DNA of 64,000 bases, taken from contig JAUCBJ010001376.1 in the NCBI GenBank assembly GCA_032718475.1, positions 1 to 64,000 on the forward strand, written 5' to 3'. The DNA is from Nemertoderma westbladi. Its lineage: Eukaryota; Animalia; Xenacoelomorpha. Every line of letters starts with the position of its first letter. The first letter of the stretch is position 1. Positions 51,251-62,842 of this stretch are shown in pieces. Position numbers and translations under genes: made by a program. The notes under the pieces are model-generated. The model was given only the letters and a program-made list of their open reading frames with translations, had not been told where the DNA came from and did no database searches.

Positions 51251-53780
51251 ATGACTGAGTTGATAGAAGATGATCTTGGTATCAGGGAGCGATATACCCT
51301 ACCACTGCAAGCGTTTGTTGATAGTTTGATAACTGGCGACGCTAGTCAACACACGACGGAAGACGATGACCGTTATATCGAACCGCCAATGTCAAAAGAA
51401 CAGCTCAAGCGTGAATTGGACTATCGGAAATTCACCGCTCGCTATACGCATCGTAATGGTACGTATATGGACTTCTTAACTACTGGTCATCCTATCGATT
51501 TACACAATACGGACGATGTAGACACTAAAAGGGAAATGATTCTATTTAAATATCATGCCCAGCGGAGTTGGAATGATAAACTGAGAATTGAACAAGAAAA
51601 TTATATTCGAAACCGACTCGAAAGAGAGAATGTGGAAGAATGTTTTTAAAAGACAAGTGGAGGGAAATCAGCTGGAGAAAAACCATACAGTAATGTCCAG
51701 GGTCCAAAATGTGAATAGTTTTCCCCGGGGCGCGGGTGCTCGCAGGCAGTCTCCTTCGGGAGGCCTCTTACCTCATCCTCTTCCTGCAATTATTGTGATC
51801 AGTGTCACAATAAAAGAGTAAGAATGAGTAATGACGTGAAAGGAAAACATGCCCATTGTGGTATCTTATAGATACTATCCCCAAATCCTTCCTCCTTCCT
51901 ACCACTACTCTCCCTCTACCCATCGCTATCTATCGAGGATATAAGACGTTGATAGAGAAACACTCTTCCCCCCATCTTTTCTACCCAAAGCGCTTGGAGC
52001 TTTCGGGAGAATATCGACCCATCATTGCTATATCGTGATATTGATCATACCTCCTCCTACTAAACCTCCCCATCGTTTACTATTGATCTGGATGCTTATA
52101 TTGGTATCCATACCTCCTGTTTGTGTACCATCGTGTTGGTATTTATAATATCAACCTCCACCCCTCTTGTTGTTGATTGGATAATCAACTATCAATAATT
52201 TCCTCAAGTCCATGGCCATTGATACAAGGACTGAAAGGACACAATAATAGTCTGTGAACAACTGGTACCATTATGTGTCATAAATCTGGTTGTTCACCTT
52301 CCTTAGTGCTTGGGAATAAATTCAGTTTGAGATAGCCATCGAATGTTGAATCCTCTTACTGAGATCGTATTTCTGCCTATTTCTGAATATATATGACATA
52401 GGCCTTCCCTGGCCCTATATCATCAATGGAAGACATATTAAGTGAATACAATAAATTCATCAGATTCGAATGCTTTAGGCGCTTTCTGACTCCATTCCAC
52501 AATGTTGATAGTCAGTTCAAGGACTGCGCTTTGACTAAGCTCAGCTTAAGAGACTCAGCTGCTGAGAAGTTGGACAGCGCTGGATTCGCCATTTTTAAGG
52601 ACGTTTGTATACATAACCTACATTCATCTGTCATACAAAGATCCCGAATCTCCACTGGTTATTCTATTGTGGAAGTTCAAACAGTGGGTTCACTTGAGGA
52701 AACAGCTGCGCCTATCTCAGCTGTGCAAGTGGAAGAAGAACCAATTTGCTTGGAATCCGAAGAGATTCAACCCACAGCGCCTAGGAGTAGCGACAATGAT
52801 TATGTGTTAGAATGGTATCAGGGTCCACAATGTCTCACGGCATATGATTATCAGCATGCCAATTACATTTCTAGGAAACGTTGCCGATTATGTGCATCAC
52901 GAGACCACTTTACCCCGGTGGACTCCAGCGAACCCTGCTCCTAATTTAAAGATCAACCTATTATGGAGATTTATTGTGCGTATTGTAGACTCAACAATCT
53001 ACACATCTTCGCCGTCTGTCCTCAATTTATGACTCAATGTCACCATTGTCAGTTCAAAGGACATGCAAGTTTCGATTGCCCTTTCAACCGGAGAGCGTAG
53101 ACGAAACAGTTACCCTGCGCTACATCATAGCTTGGGAAGCTAACGCGGATCTCCATTGCGAATCACATAACCGATACTATCCAGCGTTTCACCCATAGCT
53201 CTTTGCATCCATCGAACAAAATTCTCGCATTCCTAGTTACGAACTGATGAAGCATGTTGGCGAGAATATTTCAACTAAATATGTTCGCAAGTATCTTAGG
53301 AATATTAATCCCAATAACCTGAATTCCTATAACTTGATCAACTTCATCCGTCAAGATCAGGAATACGGCGACTTGTTCATAAACTCGCATCCTGAATTAC
53401 AAGAAATTCATAGACAACCATATGAATATAAAGCCAGAGAACGCAAATTAGAGAGAACAATCAAACCGCGGAAATTTCTCACTACACACGGTCAACCTAA
53501 AGCTGTCGTACAAACGACCCATCAAGGACCGGTAAGAGCTGCCGTCCTGAAACGAGCTCTAAAGGTTGTTCACCCTCGTTCCACCGATGTTGATATCGAT
53601 CAACCAGGTACCTCGACCGGCGGATACACCGACCGTAATCCAAAACCTTCTGATGCAATTGTATTGCACCCTTCCCCCAGGAGTTATAGCCCTCCTAGTA
53701 AAGTGGCTCGTCCCAAAGAGAAAAAGACTCTTACTAGTCTCAAAAAACTTCGTAAACGCCGTTCACGAAAGAAGGACTGA
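51251..53780 (+). pseudogene. Element F extra ORF3 remnant with the triple Zn-knuckle module
   Basis: CRLCASRDH (~52880); YCAYCRLNNLHIFAVCPQFMTQCHHCQFKGHASFDCP (~52972-53082); AWEANADLH (~53130); basic C-terminus. No clear exonuclease motifs seen. Confidence 0.7.
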
Positions 53781-53858
53781 TAGTTTAGAGTATTTTTGTA
53801 TTTTAGAAACTGTGATTTTTTATATATTATAGACTTAAATCCCATTTTCTGGGAGCGG

Positions 53859-54800
53859 TGTAAAAGCTTTTGCAGACATAACAAGTCATTTTTACGCAAT
53901 GCGCAGAATACTCTAAAATAGCCCTAAAATTGTTCAACTACGCGTCAGAAAGAAATTAGAACCAAGATGACGTAATCTGTCAGCTGATTCTTTGTGTACG
54001 TGGAGATCTCTTTGTTCCAGCTTATTTCAGCCAATCAGAGCAATCTTCCCAGTTATGCCAGTAGAGACCTACCTGAGGAAACTGACGCATGCGCAGTTAT
54101 CGTTTTTCTGAGAATTAGATTCTTCTCAGAATTCTGTACCAAGTACGGTCGTTTCAGACTTTAGCCCAAGAACATCTGATGAATGGAGTTATATGGACGT
54201 AAATCTATTAACTGAATCACCATTTCAATTCATACAAACATAACATAACTACTCAATACGACGCATTGCACCAAACTGAACTTCATGAACACATACTGAC
54301 TGATCACCGCACTGTTTTACTGCTGTTTTATATTGTGTTAATTGTTGTTTATATTAATGGATGTTATATTTAGAGAATACCGATAAATAATTGTAAACCC
54401 CTCAATCTTCTTGATTACTGAGGTAAGCGGAGAAAGAGTTTACCGGTAGCAACTGCGACTTAAATTATAGTGGTTTTTATGTGAATTAAATGCTATTTCA
54501 TAATCCCTACGTGTATCAGTTGCAATCCTCCTTGCCTTATATATGATCAAAATCAGTGATGGTCGGCAAATTAGTGTGAATCAGTGTAAATTAGTGTGAA
54601 GTCGTGTGAAGGTTAATAAAGCATCTCCTAAAGAATGCGCTATTTACGAAACTCTGTGGCCATCTAGTTGTGATTAGTATAAGTCATAACTCTGTTTTTA
54701 TACTTAAAGCACCACTTCCTAAAGGAACTGTTAATATTTCCCCGAAAGTAAATATAGTTGTCAGAGATTATATAGTAGCGATCAATCGAATAATACAAAG
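53859..54800 (+). repeat. Putative 3' LTR of element F
   Basis: GGGAGCGG|TGTAAAAG junction after ORF3; CCAAT box; AATAAA at ~54615; part is repeated at 37300. No matching 5' LTR found and the right end is uncertain. Confidence 0.45.
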
Positions 54801-55339
54801 TAGCTTACACCGCAATACTTCCTCCGGAACCCGTATCCAGTCTCCCACACCGTGGGTCATACGCCGCGCCCGGTCTGGCTTCGGCAGATGTAAATTCAGT
54901 AAACCAGGTAATTGGTACGGGCAAAGTCGATTCATAAACAAAAGGACAATTAAAATTGGCAGGTTAAACTACTAAAGGTCTGAAAGCGCGAACAAACGTT
55001 GGGGTTATGAAATAGCATAAATATCATACAGACCACTGTAATTTGAGCCAAGCAATTGTTACTAATGTTCCCTTCTGCTTACCTCTTAATAATAAAGAAA
55101 GTTATTTGGGATTATCGATTATTCGTACGTATTCTCCAAATATAAACATCCATTAAATATGTTACCAAATAACAATGAATAACATTATAAGACAGTATCA
55201 AATATGCGGTCTCGGCAGTTAATCAGCAATCAGATGTTTGCTGGTACAACAGTCCGAGTTTTTAGATGTCAGGATATGCATGCAGTGCAGTGCAGAGAGT
55301 GGAGAGATAATTTACTTTGAGCTCTATAACTCTAGCCAC

Positions 55340-56422
55340 TGATGGTCTAGGGCAGAAGTCAGAATGAATGATTCTGTCGCATTGCGGCATATTCATATGT
55401 AAACAACAGGAGAGTATGGAGAGTGAGAGCAAAGGGGGTTGAGTATTGGGGAAGTATAGGAGGAGAGGTACGAAAGTTAGGGGGGAAAAGTGAAGTGTGC
55501 GAGATCCAAGTGAGGGGGCAAGCAGTAAGGATGAGTCCTATGGGACTAGTGTAAGAGGACATTGGAAGATAGAGTCCAGGATAAAGTTGCATGAGGAGAG
55601 GGGTTGATCATCTAAACAGAGACGCCAGATGCCTTGGTACAGCTTAGCTCGCAGATGTACCAAGGATGGGTAGTGAAAACAGACCCATGGGGGCCGGCCA
55701 GGAAAGCTTACCCCGATAAGAAAATTCCACCCCACATCCAATATTAGATTGGATTCCAGCGGAATTGAAGCGCACTTAAGGTTGATGCTATCTTCTCACC
55801 GGGAAGATTGCCTGGGGGGAGTGTAAGCGGATGCAATTCCCTGCACTACCCACCGAAAATGGGCTTAGTGGCATTTTACCGATTATAGTTGGGAAGGTGA
55901 CATTACCAATAATAATGTCACCTCATAACCAACTTAGGCGATACGCATCGCCAGCCACAAAGAGGTGGGGCTAGCAAGGCTAGCATGTGGGGATAGTGGC
56001 AACAGGGAGTGGCGAGGTGACAATTAATCATCCCAATGATGGGTGGGGAAAACAGATTGGAAGTGATTAGAGCGCATCTATTGGACAGGCCACTCCGTAG
56101 TGTATCAGTGATTAATATGTGTTAATAATATAACCGTTGCACTTATTGATTCCGATTCAGTTGGTTTCTATACAGTTGTGAAACCGGAACGGTTTTTAAC
56201 CGTTGTCGTCGTCGTCGTCATTACCATGCTATTATATTCTGACTGTGCTATTATTATGTTCTGTGATTACAATAACTGACAGTAAAAACTCAGTTATTTC
56301 AACGGCCTTCGGCCTATTATATATATCCAGACTACAGCTTTAGCAGCCTATGGACGCGGCGACGCATATAACACACAGACACCGGTCGGGATCCTTATTG
56401 CCAACTCCAAGATCCCGTCACA
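55340..56422 (+). mobile_element. 3' remnant of LTR element E (A/C family) with a 601-bp LTR at 55822-56422
   Basis: PPT gggggag then TGTAAGCGGATGCAATTCC...GATCCCGTCACA; the pre-PPT sequence is homologous to element C. Confidence 0.88.
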
Positions 56423-57954
56423 TAATACATTCTGGTATACGGAAATTTAAGTTATTTCCATGCCATTGATTACTTTGCAGCATTACGAGTAATTCACCAG
56501 AACGCTGTTAAGTTGATATAATGTAACTAAATTAAATTAATTTCGCAATTTTTCTAATTTGTTGTTTATTTTACATCGACGGCGAGATCAGAAACAACAG
56601 CATTTTACCTTATTGGTTAGATTAATTTAGTTTTGGATTTATTTTAAGATTTATGATATTTTTAGCTAAATAGCTGATCAAGCGTACGATAACAGACCTA
56701 AAGAAACTATAGACCCCCCCCCCCCCCCCCCGCATATAAATGTTATACATAGTAGGCCTTCACTCTATAACATTGCAGCATTTTTTCGGATATTCTTCTA
56801 ATAAAGTTTCATATCTGCCTAACTAATAATTTTCGCTGACTTTCCACAGATGATGCTGGCGATAAATGACGGGTGATAATTCATTGTTGATAGAATCAAA
56901 CTTATGTTGTGATATGGCGGTTTCACCATTTTATGTCAAACAAACTTGGTTTCTGTTTGTCCATCAATGTGCGGACTTCATCATTCTATCTCTTGACTTT
57001 TGAATCATTGTCTGTTATTCGTTACATTATGTCGCATTATTAAATAGACTATGTTATGGGTACCCACTTTTTGACCAAATTTATTCATATGAAAATGGCT
57101 TTTATCATAAGTTTTTTGTTCTAGACTAATATTTAACCTTCTGCCAGTTAGATGGTAGCTAGTAATTTTGATTTGTGTTAGCTAGTATTTTTATGGGTTC
57201 AGTTCCGCCCCCGGCTACATTTTTGGATTTTTAACTGTACTTTTATACTAGCTAGTGTTTTCACTTTTTGTAGTTTTAAATGTTCTAGAACATGTCAGTT
57301 ATTGATTAAAATAAAAATTTATGTTCTAGAACAAATATTTTTTGTTTAAATCTTTATACAATCTAGATTTTGAAACAAATTGTTGTCTTTTGTTTTTTTT
57401 TTTTTTTTTTTTAACTACTTGTTGTTTTAAAAGTTCTAGAACATGTAAGTTACCGGTATTGATTAAAATATAATGTTTTTCTATGATAGCTAGTATTTTT
57501 AATCTAGCTAGCTATATCTTTACTTTACTTATTAGCTAGCTATATCTTTAGCTATACTGGTTGTTGCCATTATTCCCGACACCAAGGGGGAAAACGCCGA
57601 TGCTGGAGGCGGAATTTTCAGACCTCTTTATCCCGGCCAGTCACCGGATATTGTGAGTGGAGAAGGATGTTATCTGAGATGCAAGATTGCGGGTAGAGAA
57701 AAAGTTTCATTGGTTGGATATAATCTTTAATGTAACTTGAACTCTGATTGAATCCTGATTGAGAATACTTTGGGCTTCCCCAAACCAATATACCAAAATA
57801 ATATTCACAATAATACACAAATATAAATTCCTACAGTAAATTATTTAATTACCCACTGTTCGCTTAACTTTCAGATTTTGACCTAACTAATGTTCACCAT
57901 TTTCCCGCGGTCCTAGTCCCGGTACCGTAGAGTCAGAGTTGGTCGATCCTTTGC

Positions 57955-58520
57955 TTGTCCGTCCCACCCTTCCCGAACCCTAAAGGGATCGGTCATCAGG
58001 AAAGCGGTATGGCTTAGCTAGGGGTCTGTCGGTTCATCGCAGGGTCCCAACCACCTAAGCTTTCCGAATCCTTTTCAGGCTCGTAATCGCGTCGGTAGCC
58101 GAGAATCTGCTCCGAATAGTCGGTAGGCCAGTAGAGTCCGGTCCTCTGTCTTTCGACTCTGTCGCATGTCCGTCCCACCCTTCCCGAACCCTAAAGGGAT
58201 CGGTCATCAGGAAAGCGGTACGGCTTAGCTAGGGGTCTGTCGGCCCGTTGTGAGTCCCAACTGTCGGAGCTTTCCGAGTCCTTTTCAGGCTCGTACTAAC
58301 ACCAGTCATGGAACCCACGCCAGGAAGTCAGTCCTCGTCGAACCCTTCCTTTCCGTCCGGTCAGTCGATCCTTCGCAAGTCCACAATGCGAAGACTCCGC
58401 CCGAGTCCCTTTCAGGCTCAGTCATAGCCAACGCACCGGAAACCGCTTAGGATCTGTCAGTTCCCATCGCAAATCCCTGGCGCAACCAGCAACGCCCTAG
58501 TCCCTTTCAGGCTCAGTCGC
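57955..58520. repeat. Direct repeats in the 3' region of element D (211-bp-period duplication plus recurring CCTTTCAGGCTC)
   Basis: 57957-58084 is nearly identical to 58168-58295; tcc(c/t)tttcaggctc at ~58070, 58280, 58407 and 58501. Confidence 0.85.
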
Positions 58521-59036
58521 CACTGATGGCCAGGGACAGCTAAGGGCAGTCCTTGTCCCCAGGCCTAGCGGGTTTCCAACTACCGAAATAGAAGGAGGTT
58601 GTCTAGGCCTCAGTAACTATCAGGCAACCCTTACAGCTGAGAGTATTGCTTGATTTTGCCTCCCACCCCTGGCCCTTAAATATCTGATATGATTCCTGCG
58701 CCCCGTAAGTCGTCCCAAGATTCGCCCATAACTCGCCCCCAGTCTATCGAATGTACCCAAATTTTGTGTTCCCGCACCCACCACTGATATTGGCACATTC
58801 ATAAAAAATAAATCCAAAAAATATGTAACTCGCGTTATGATAAATTGAAATACCGCAAAATCCCCCCAAATGACCTTTGTGAGGTCTATCGGTAGATCGA
58901 GTTTGCGTAAGGTCATTTCCCCATATAAAAACCCAATTTTTATTATTGCATAGTCTTGATTAATTTGTCCTAGAGTCAGTTTACATACATATAAAAATAA
59001 ATGTTCAAATAAATGTCTATAAAATGTCCTGGTCTT

Positions 59037-60389
59037 CTATCTCCTGCTTTGATATGCTTTCCTTTTCTTCGCCCGTCGACTTTCATCTATCACCAGTGCG
59101 GGTAGAGGAGCATCATTGGCCGACGTGAGCATCGCCGCGGCCTGCCTCCTGGCAGCCCTTCCTCGGGGAGGTATCGAGATGAGATCTGTTCTCCTCTCCA
59201 GCTCGGTGGTTCGAGCCGCCTGGAACCATTCTCCATCTCCAAACGCTTTTGTATACGAATATAGACGTCTAATCACTTCGAAGGGGCCGAATAGGTTGGC
59301 GCTAAGCAATAAATCCTCATAGTGGAAAGGCAAGGTCTTTACTGTATGGAGGCATTCGGGGAACGAAATATACCCGCACGCCATCTCCTGTGCGATGTTA
59401 TGGGCGCTCAATCGTGCTCTGGTCTTTACGTGTACGTTGGCATACGTCTCGAACATAACCATGTTCCCGGTAGCCATAATGTCCTTGGTAGGACATTTAA
59501 TGTTGCACCGAGGGCTCGCTGTATGCCCACGGAAGCCGTACGTTGTACAGACGTTATACAGTGTCGGGCAAACCGCTATGTCATGGCCCGGGGTAGTGCA
59601 ATATGGACAATAGATTATCCCGAGGATTTGGAAGCACGGTTCGGTTATTCGTTGTTTCTTACCGCGAGGAAACTGATCCGAACCGCAGCTACTGCAAACA
59701 TCGAGTTGCATTTCCCGACCGAAAAAGATCGGGATTTGTACGCCGGCGTAATATTCCAGTCATCTATCCTTTTTAGGGATAATCGTCGTAACCGGAAGCC
59801 CGTGGAACGCCGCGCTGTCGCGGAGTTGAGCCTAGCTTCGGTATCCCTCCTTATGGTCTGCAGGACGCATCTCGGGTGCCCGTTTCTGAATCCACTCCGT
59901 CTGTTCGGTGTACCATTGGGTGAGTCTCATCAGGTCCTGTGGAATGGTGGGAGCCGTCGCAACAGCCGGTCGGCGAAGGGGTGCCGGGATATTCGCCGAA
60001 GGAATCCCGAGGAGGTCTCCGGAGGTTGGTGGTATACTAGGGCCCTTCGTAACTTGGATAGCCGATTGGGTCCGCTGTGTACTGGTACTTGGGGTTTCTG
60101 TGGACCAATCCTCTCCTCCAGGAAACGGGTAAGGAGATAACCTCGTGCATGCATTGTCGAAGTCACTAAGTGCGAGGGTGGTAACTAGTTCTCTTGCCGC
60201 ACTACCAGAGCCAAGTGGAGTGGTTACGCCGGATTCCGTCGCTGGCTCAGTCGCGGCAATACGCTTAGCAGCTGATTCGTAGTCAACTTCCGGTGCGTGT
60301 TGACGTTTTGGTGTAGATAGCAGAATACCTTTGTGTTTCCATAACTCCTCTCCTTCCGACGACACTATAGCTCTATTACTCTGCGCCAA
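59037..60389 (-). pseudogene. Element D ORF3 C-terminal part: linker + triple Zn-knuckle module
   Basis: CSSCGSDQF, YCPYCTTPGHDIAVCP, CTTYGFRGHTASPRC, FETYANVH, ACGY. Confidence 0.75.
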
Positions 60390-61635
60390 GGAGATCGGTA
60401 ATCGTGGGGATATCGAATGGTCTGTGCAGATCCCAGGATTCGATTACATCGAGCGTCTTGGTATCTCCCGGTGGGATATTCTGTACTGCCTTGAACGTGT
60501 GGTCGATCACCTCGTTCCATTCGTAATCTATGAAGGACTTTGGGACCGCGCTAATAAGTTTATCGAGGGTTTTATAGATGAACTTAGCAACCGTGTACGA
60601 TTTAATCGTGACGTAGATGTAGTTCCGTCGATCCGGATCATCCCAGCGTTGGTGGATCGTCCACTTCCTATCTACATTCTTCCAATGGTTCTCCCGCTCA
60701 TGAGGTATCGCTAAATCCGGATGCACGCCGTAGAATTTATTGTAGTCTTGGAACTTCTGTGGTTTAAAATCTAAACCGCCATTTAGCACCGCTAGGTAGC
60801 CGATACCGGATTTAGTCTGTCTCACCTCTTTAAACCCGCCCATAAAGTCCGTGACCAGTAACCAGGCCAGCAGGGTTTGGGTGTCGATGAAGTGGCTAAT
60901 CGCGCTAATGTCCTCTCTACGATTCATTCCGAATGGAGCGTTGATATAGTCGTTCCGGAGATCCGCTTTTATATCTGACCCGATTTTGATAATATCGAAG
61001 TCGAACAGGACCTGTTGGATCGCCGATGGTAGTAGCCAGATTACCCCGGCTGTCTGTATCTCTTGGCAGGATGTCGGGAAGATTCGGCACACTAACACCA
61101 ACCCGTCCAGGGTTCCGAGGACTACTATTAGCGACCGACCGTACTCCTTCGTCCCGTATTTCTCTTTATAGTCGTCTCGGTTTTGGATGACTGCCATTCG
61201 TTCCTCTCGCAGCGTCGCTGTATATTCCGCCAGGTTTCCCCAGTGTGTGAGGTATGTACTCTTGTCGTCAATGAAACTCTGGCATCGCACCATTGTAATC
61301 GCCTTTGGAGTCGGCATCGCATTGCCTTCGTTGTCATATATTAGGCACCGGGATTTGTAAACGCTTTGCCGGAATGTATCCCAGAATGACAACTCTCCTC
61401 CTCCGGTTGCCTCAGCGTTCCGAGTCCTTTTCAGGCTCGTACTAGCGTCGGTGAACCGGAGCGGCTGCAGGTTACGGGAATCCGGGACCTCCCTCCCAGA
61501 GAAACGAATGACTCGCACATTCTCGCTCAACAGGATGTTCCATTTCGCATCAAAACTAGGAGATCCAGGCTGTGGGTAGTCCAATAAATCAATCGTATTA
61601 CGTAATTCGCCAAGAATCTGGCGATTCGGGTCCAT
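60376..61635 (-). CDS. Element D ORF3: DEDDy-type 3'-5' exonuclease
   Basis: CLIYDNEG, LVLVCRIF, LLPSAIQQVLFD, KIGSDIKAD, FIDTQ, KSGIGYLA, RWDDP...YVTIKSY. Confidence 0.8.
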   Translation of the reverse strand: MDPNRQILGELRNTIDLLDYPQPGSPSFDAKWNILLSENVRVIRFSGREVPDSRNLQPLRFTDASTSLKRTRNAEATGGGELSFWDTFRQSVYKSRCLIYDNEGNAMPTPKAITMVRCQSFIDDKSTYLTHWGNLAEYTATLREERMAVIQNRDDYKEKYGTKEYGRSLIVVLGTLDGLVLVCRIFPTSCQEIQTAGVIWLLPSAIQQVLFDFDIIKIGSDIKADLRNDYINAPFGMNRREDISAISHFIDTQTLLAWLLVTDFMGGFKEVRQTKSGIGYLAVLNGGLDFKPQKFQDYNKFYGVHPDLAIPHERENHWKNVDRKWTIHQRWDDPDRRNYIYVTIKSYTVAKFIYKTLDKLISAVPKSFIDYEWNEVIDHTFKAVQNIPPGDTKTLDVIESWDLHRPFDIPTITDLLGAE

Positions 61636-61959
61636 ATTGTAAATTACATCCGTTACAAATTAATTCAGTTAATTATAAATCCAGAAAGTCTGATTCTATA
61701 GCGACTGCAGAATAGTTATTTTTAATATAGTTAATGTTATTGATATATAGGCATCTATCATCTTATTGTTACTACATTCAGTATTTACAGTTGCTATAGC
61801 TATACATTATTATCCAACCAGTTTTTTTGACTTTTTATGTCCGCTTCTTTTTTAAATTCCTTTTCCATTCTACATTTTATACTTTTTTTTTGTCTTTTTT
61901 CATTTCTATAGTTTATTCATTTCACATTTCCTTTTTTCTTTCACATTTCATCATTTATT

Positions 61960-62560
61960 CCACCATTACATCATTTATTCCACCATTACATCATTTATTT
62001 CACCATTACATCATTTATTACACATTTCATTGGGGTTATAGCCCCCCGGCTATCATCATTGGTTATAAGCACAAAGCACCAGGGATGCGCATCATCACAT
62101 TTTCATCATCATAATAGTACACGTCATCATTCAGTTTATAGTTGAGTTATCTGTTCCTTTTCATCATTTCGTACTACATTCAACCATCTTCTTGGGAAAT
62201 TTTTTGTTGTGGAAGGGGTGTTACGCAGCAGTCTGGGATCTACAGCTGGACTCATTACACCGCCTACCCCAAACTGCACACATAATGGACAATGAATAGA
62301 ACGATGGAAGTGAAGTCACGCGGAATGCACCAGGGACCCACCAGAATAACACTCCCAGAAACATAAAGCTCAGCCGACGAAGACATGTGTAATGCACCAG
62401 GGACCCACCAGAATAACGTGGCTGAGGAACATAAAGTCTCTATCGACGAAGTCATGTGGAATGCACCATGGACCCACCAGAATAACGCGATAGGGGGTGT
62501 TGCGCGGCAGTCTGGGATCTACAGCTGGACTCGTTACACTGCCTATGCCCCAAACTGCAC
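61960..62560. repeat. Short tandem and direct repeats in the integrase-ORF3 spacer of element D
   Basis: caccattacatcatttatt x3; atgcacca.ggacccaccagaataac x3 (~62325, 62392, 62461); gcagtctgggatctacagctggactc x2. Confidence 0.8.
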
Positions 62561-62842
62561 ATGCAACAGACAACACAAGACAAACATAATGGATACAATG
62601 AATTCCATTTCGAAACTTTCCCATTTCCAATAATCCAAGGTAGTTGGTCCTGATGACCAAAATCAGGGTGAACAAAACATAAACTACCCTAAGTCAGTCG
62701 AAACATCTGCAGGGTGACGCTGGACTCCACATAACACACGAGGAAACACAAATACCATGCGTGGTTACAGTTGGTTTAAGGGGGGTCCATAATCATTGTC
62801 GCTAAATCACATTTAAAGAGTTTGTCAACAGGATGGGAAGGG

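Larger units (their letters stand above)
44475..54800 (+). mobile_element. Bel/Pao element F (decayed pol + extra Zn-knuckle ORF); ends approximate
   Basis: Protease ALLDSGST; RT YYLTHH..VRVVFDGSA, DIEGMFLQV, YMDD; RNase H LHVFGDTS; integrase GVDLFGP, SDKGTNF, WERLIRSVK; ORF3 51251-53780. Confidence 0.85.

Noticed and set aside
51251-52420. Exonuclease domain in element F ORF3
   Set aside because: I could not find the DxEG, KxGS or DT motifs; only the knuckle module is supported.
59322-60140. 272-aa plus-strand ORF
   Set aside because: Antisense to ORF3 of element D, with no recognisable motifs.
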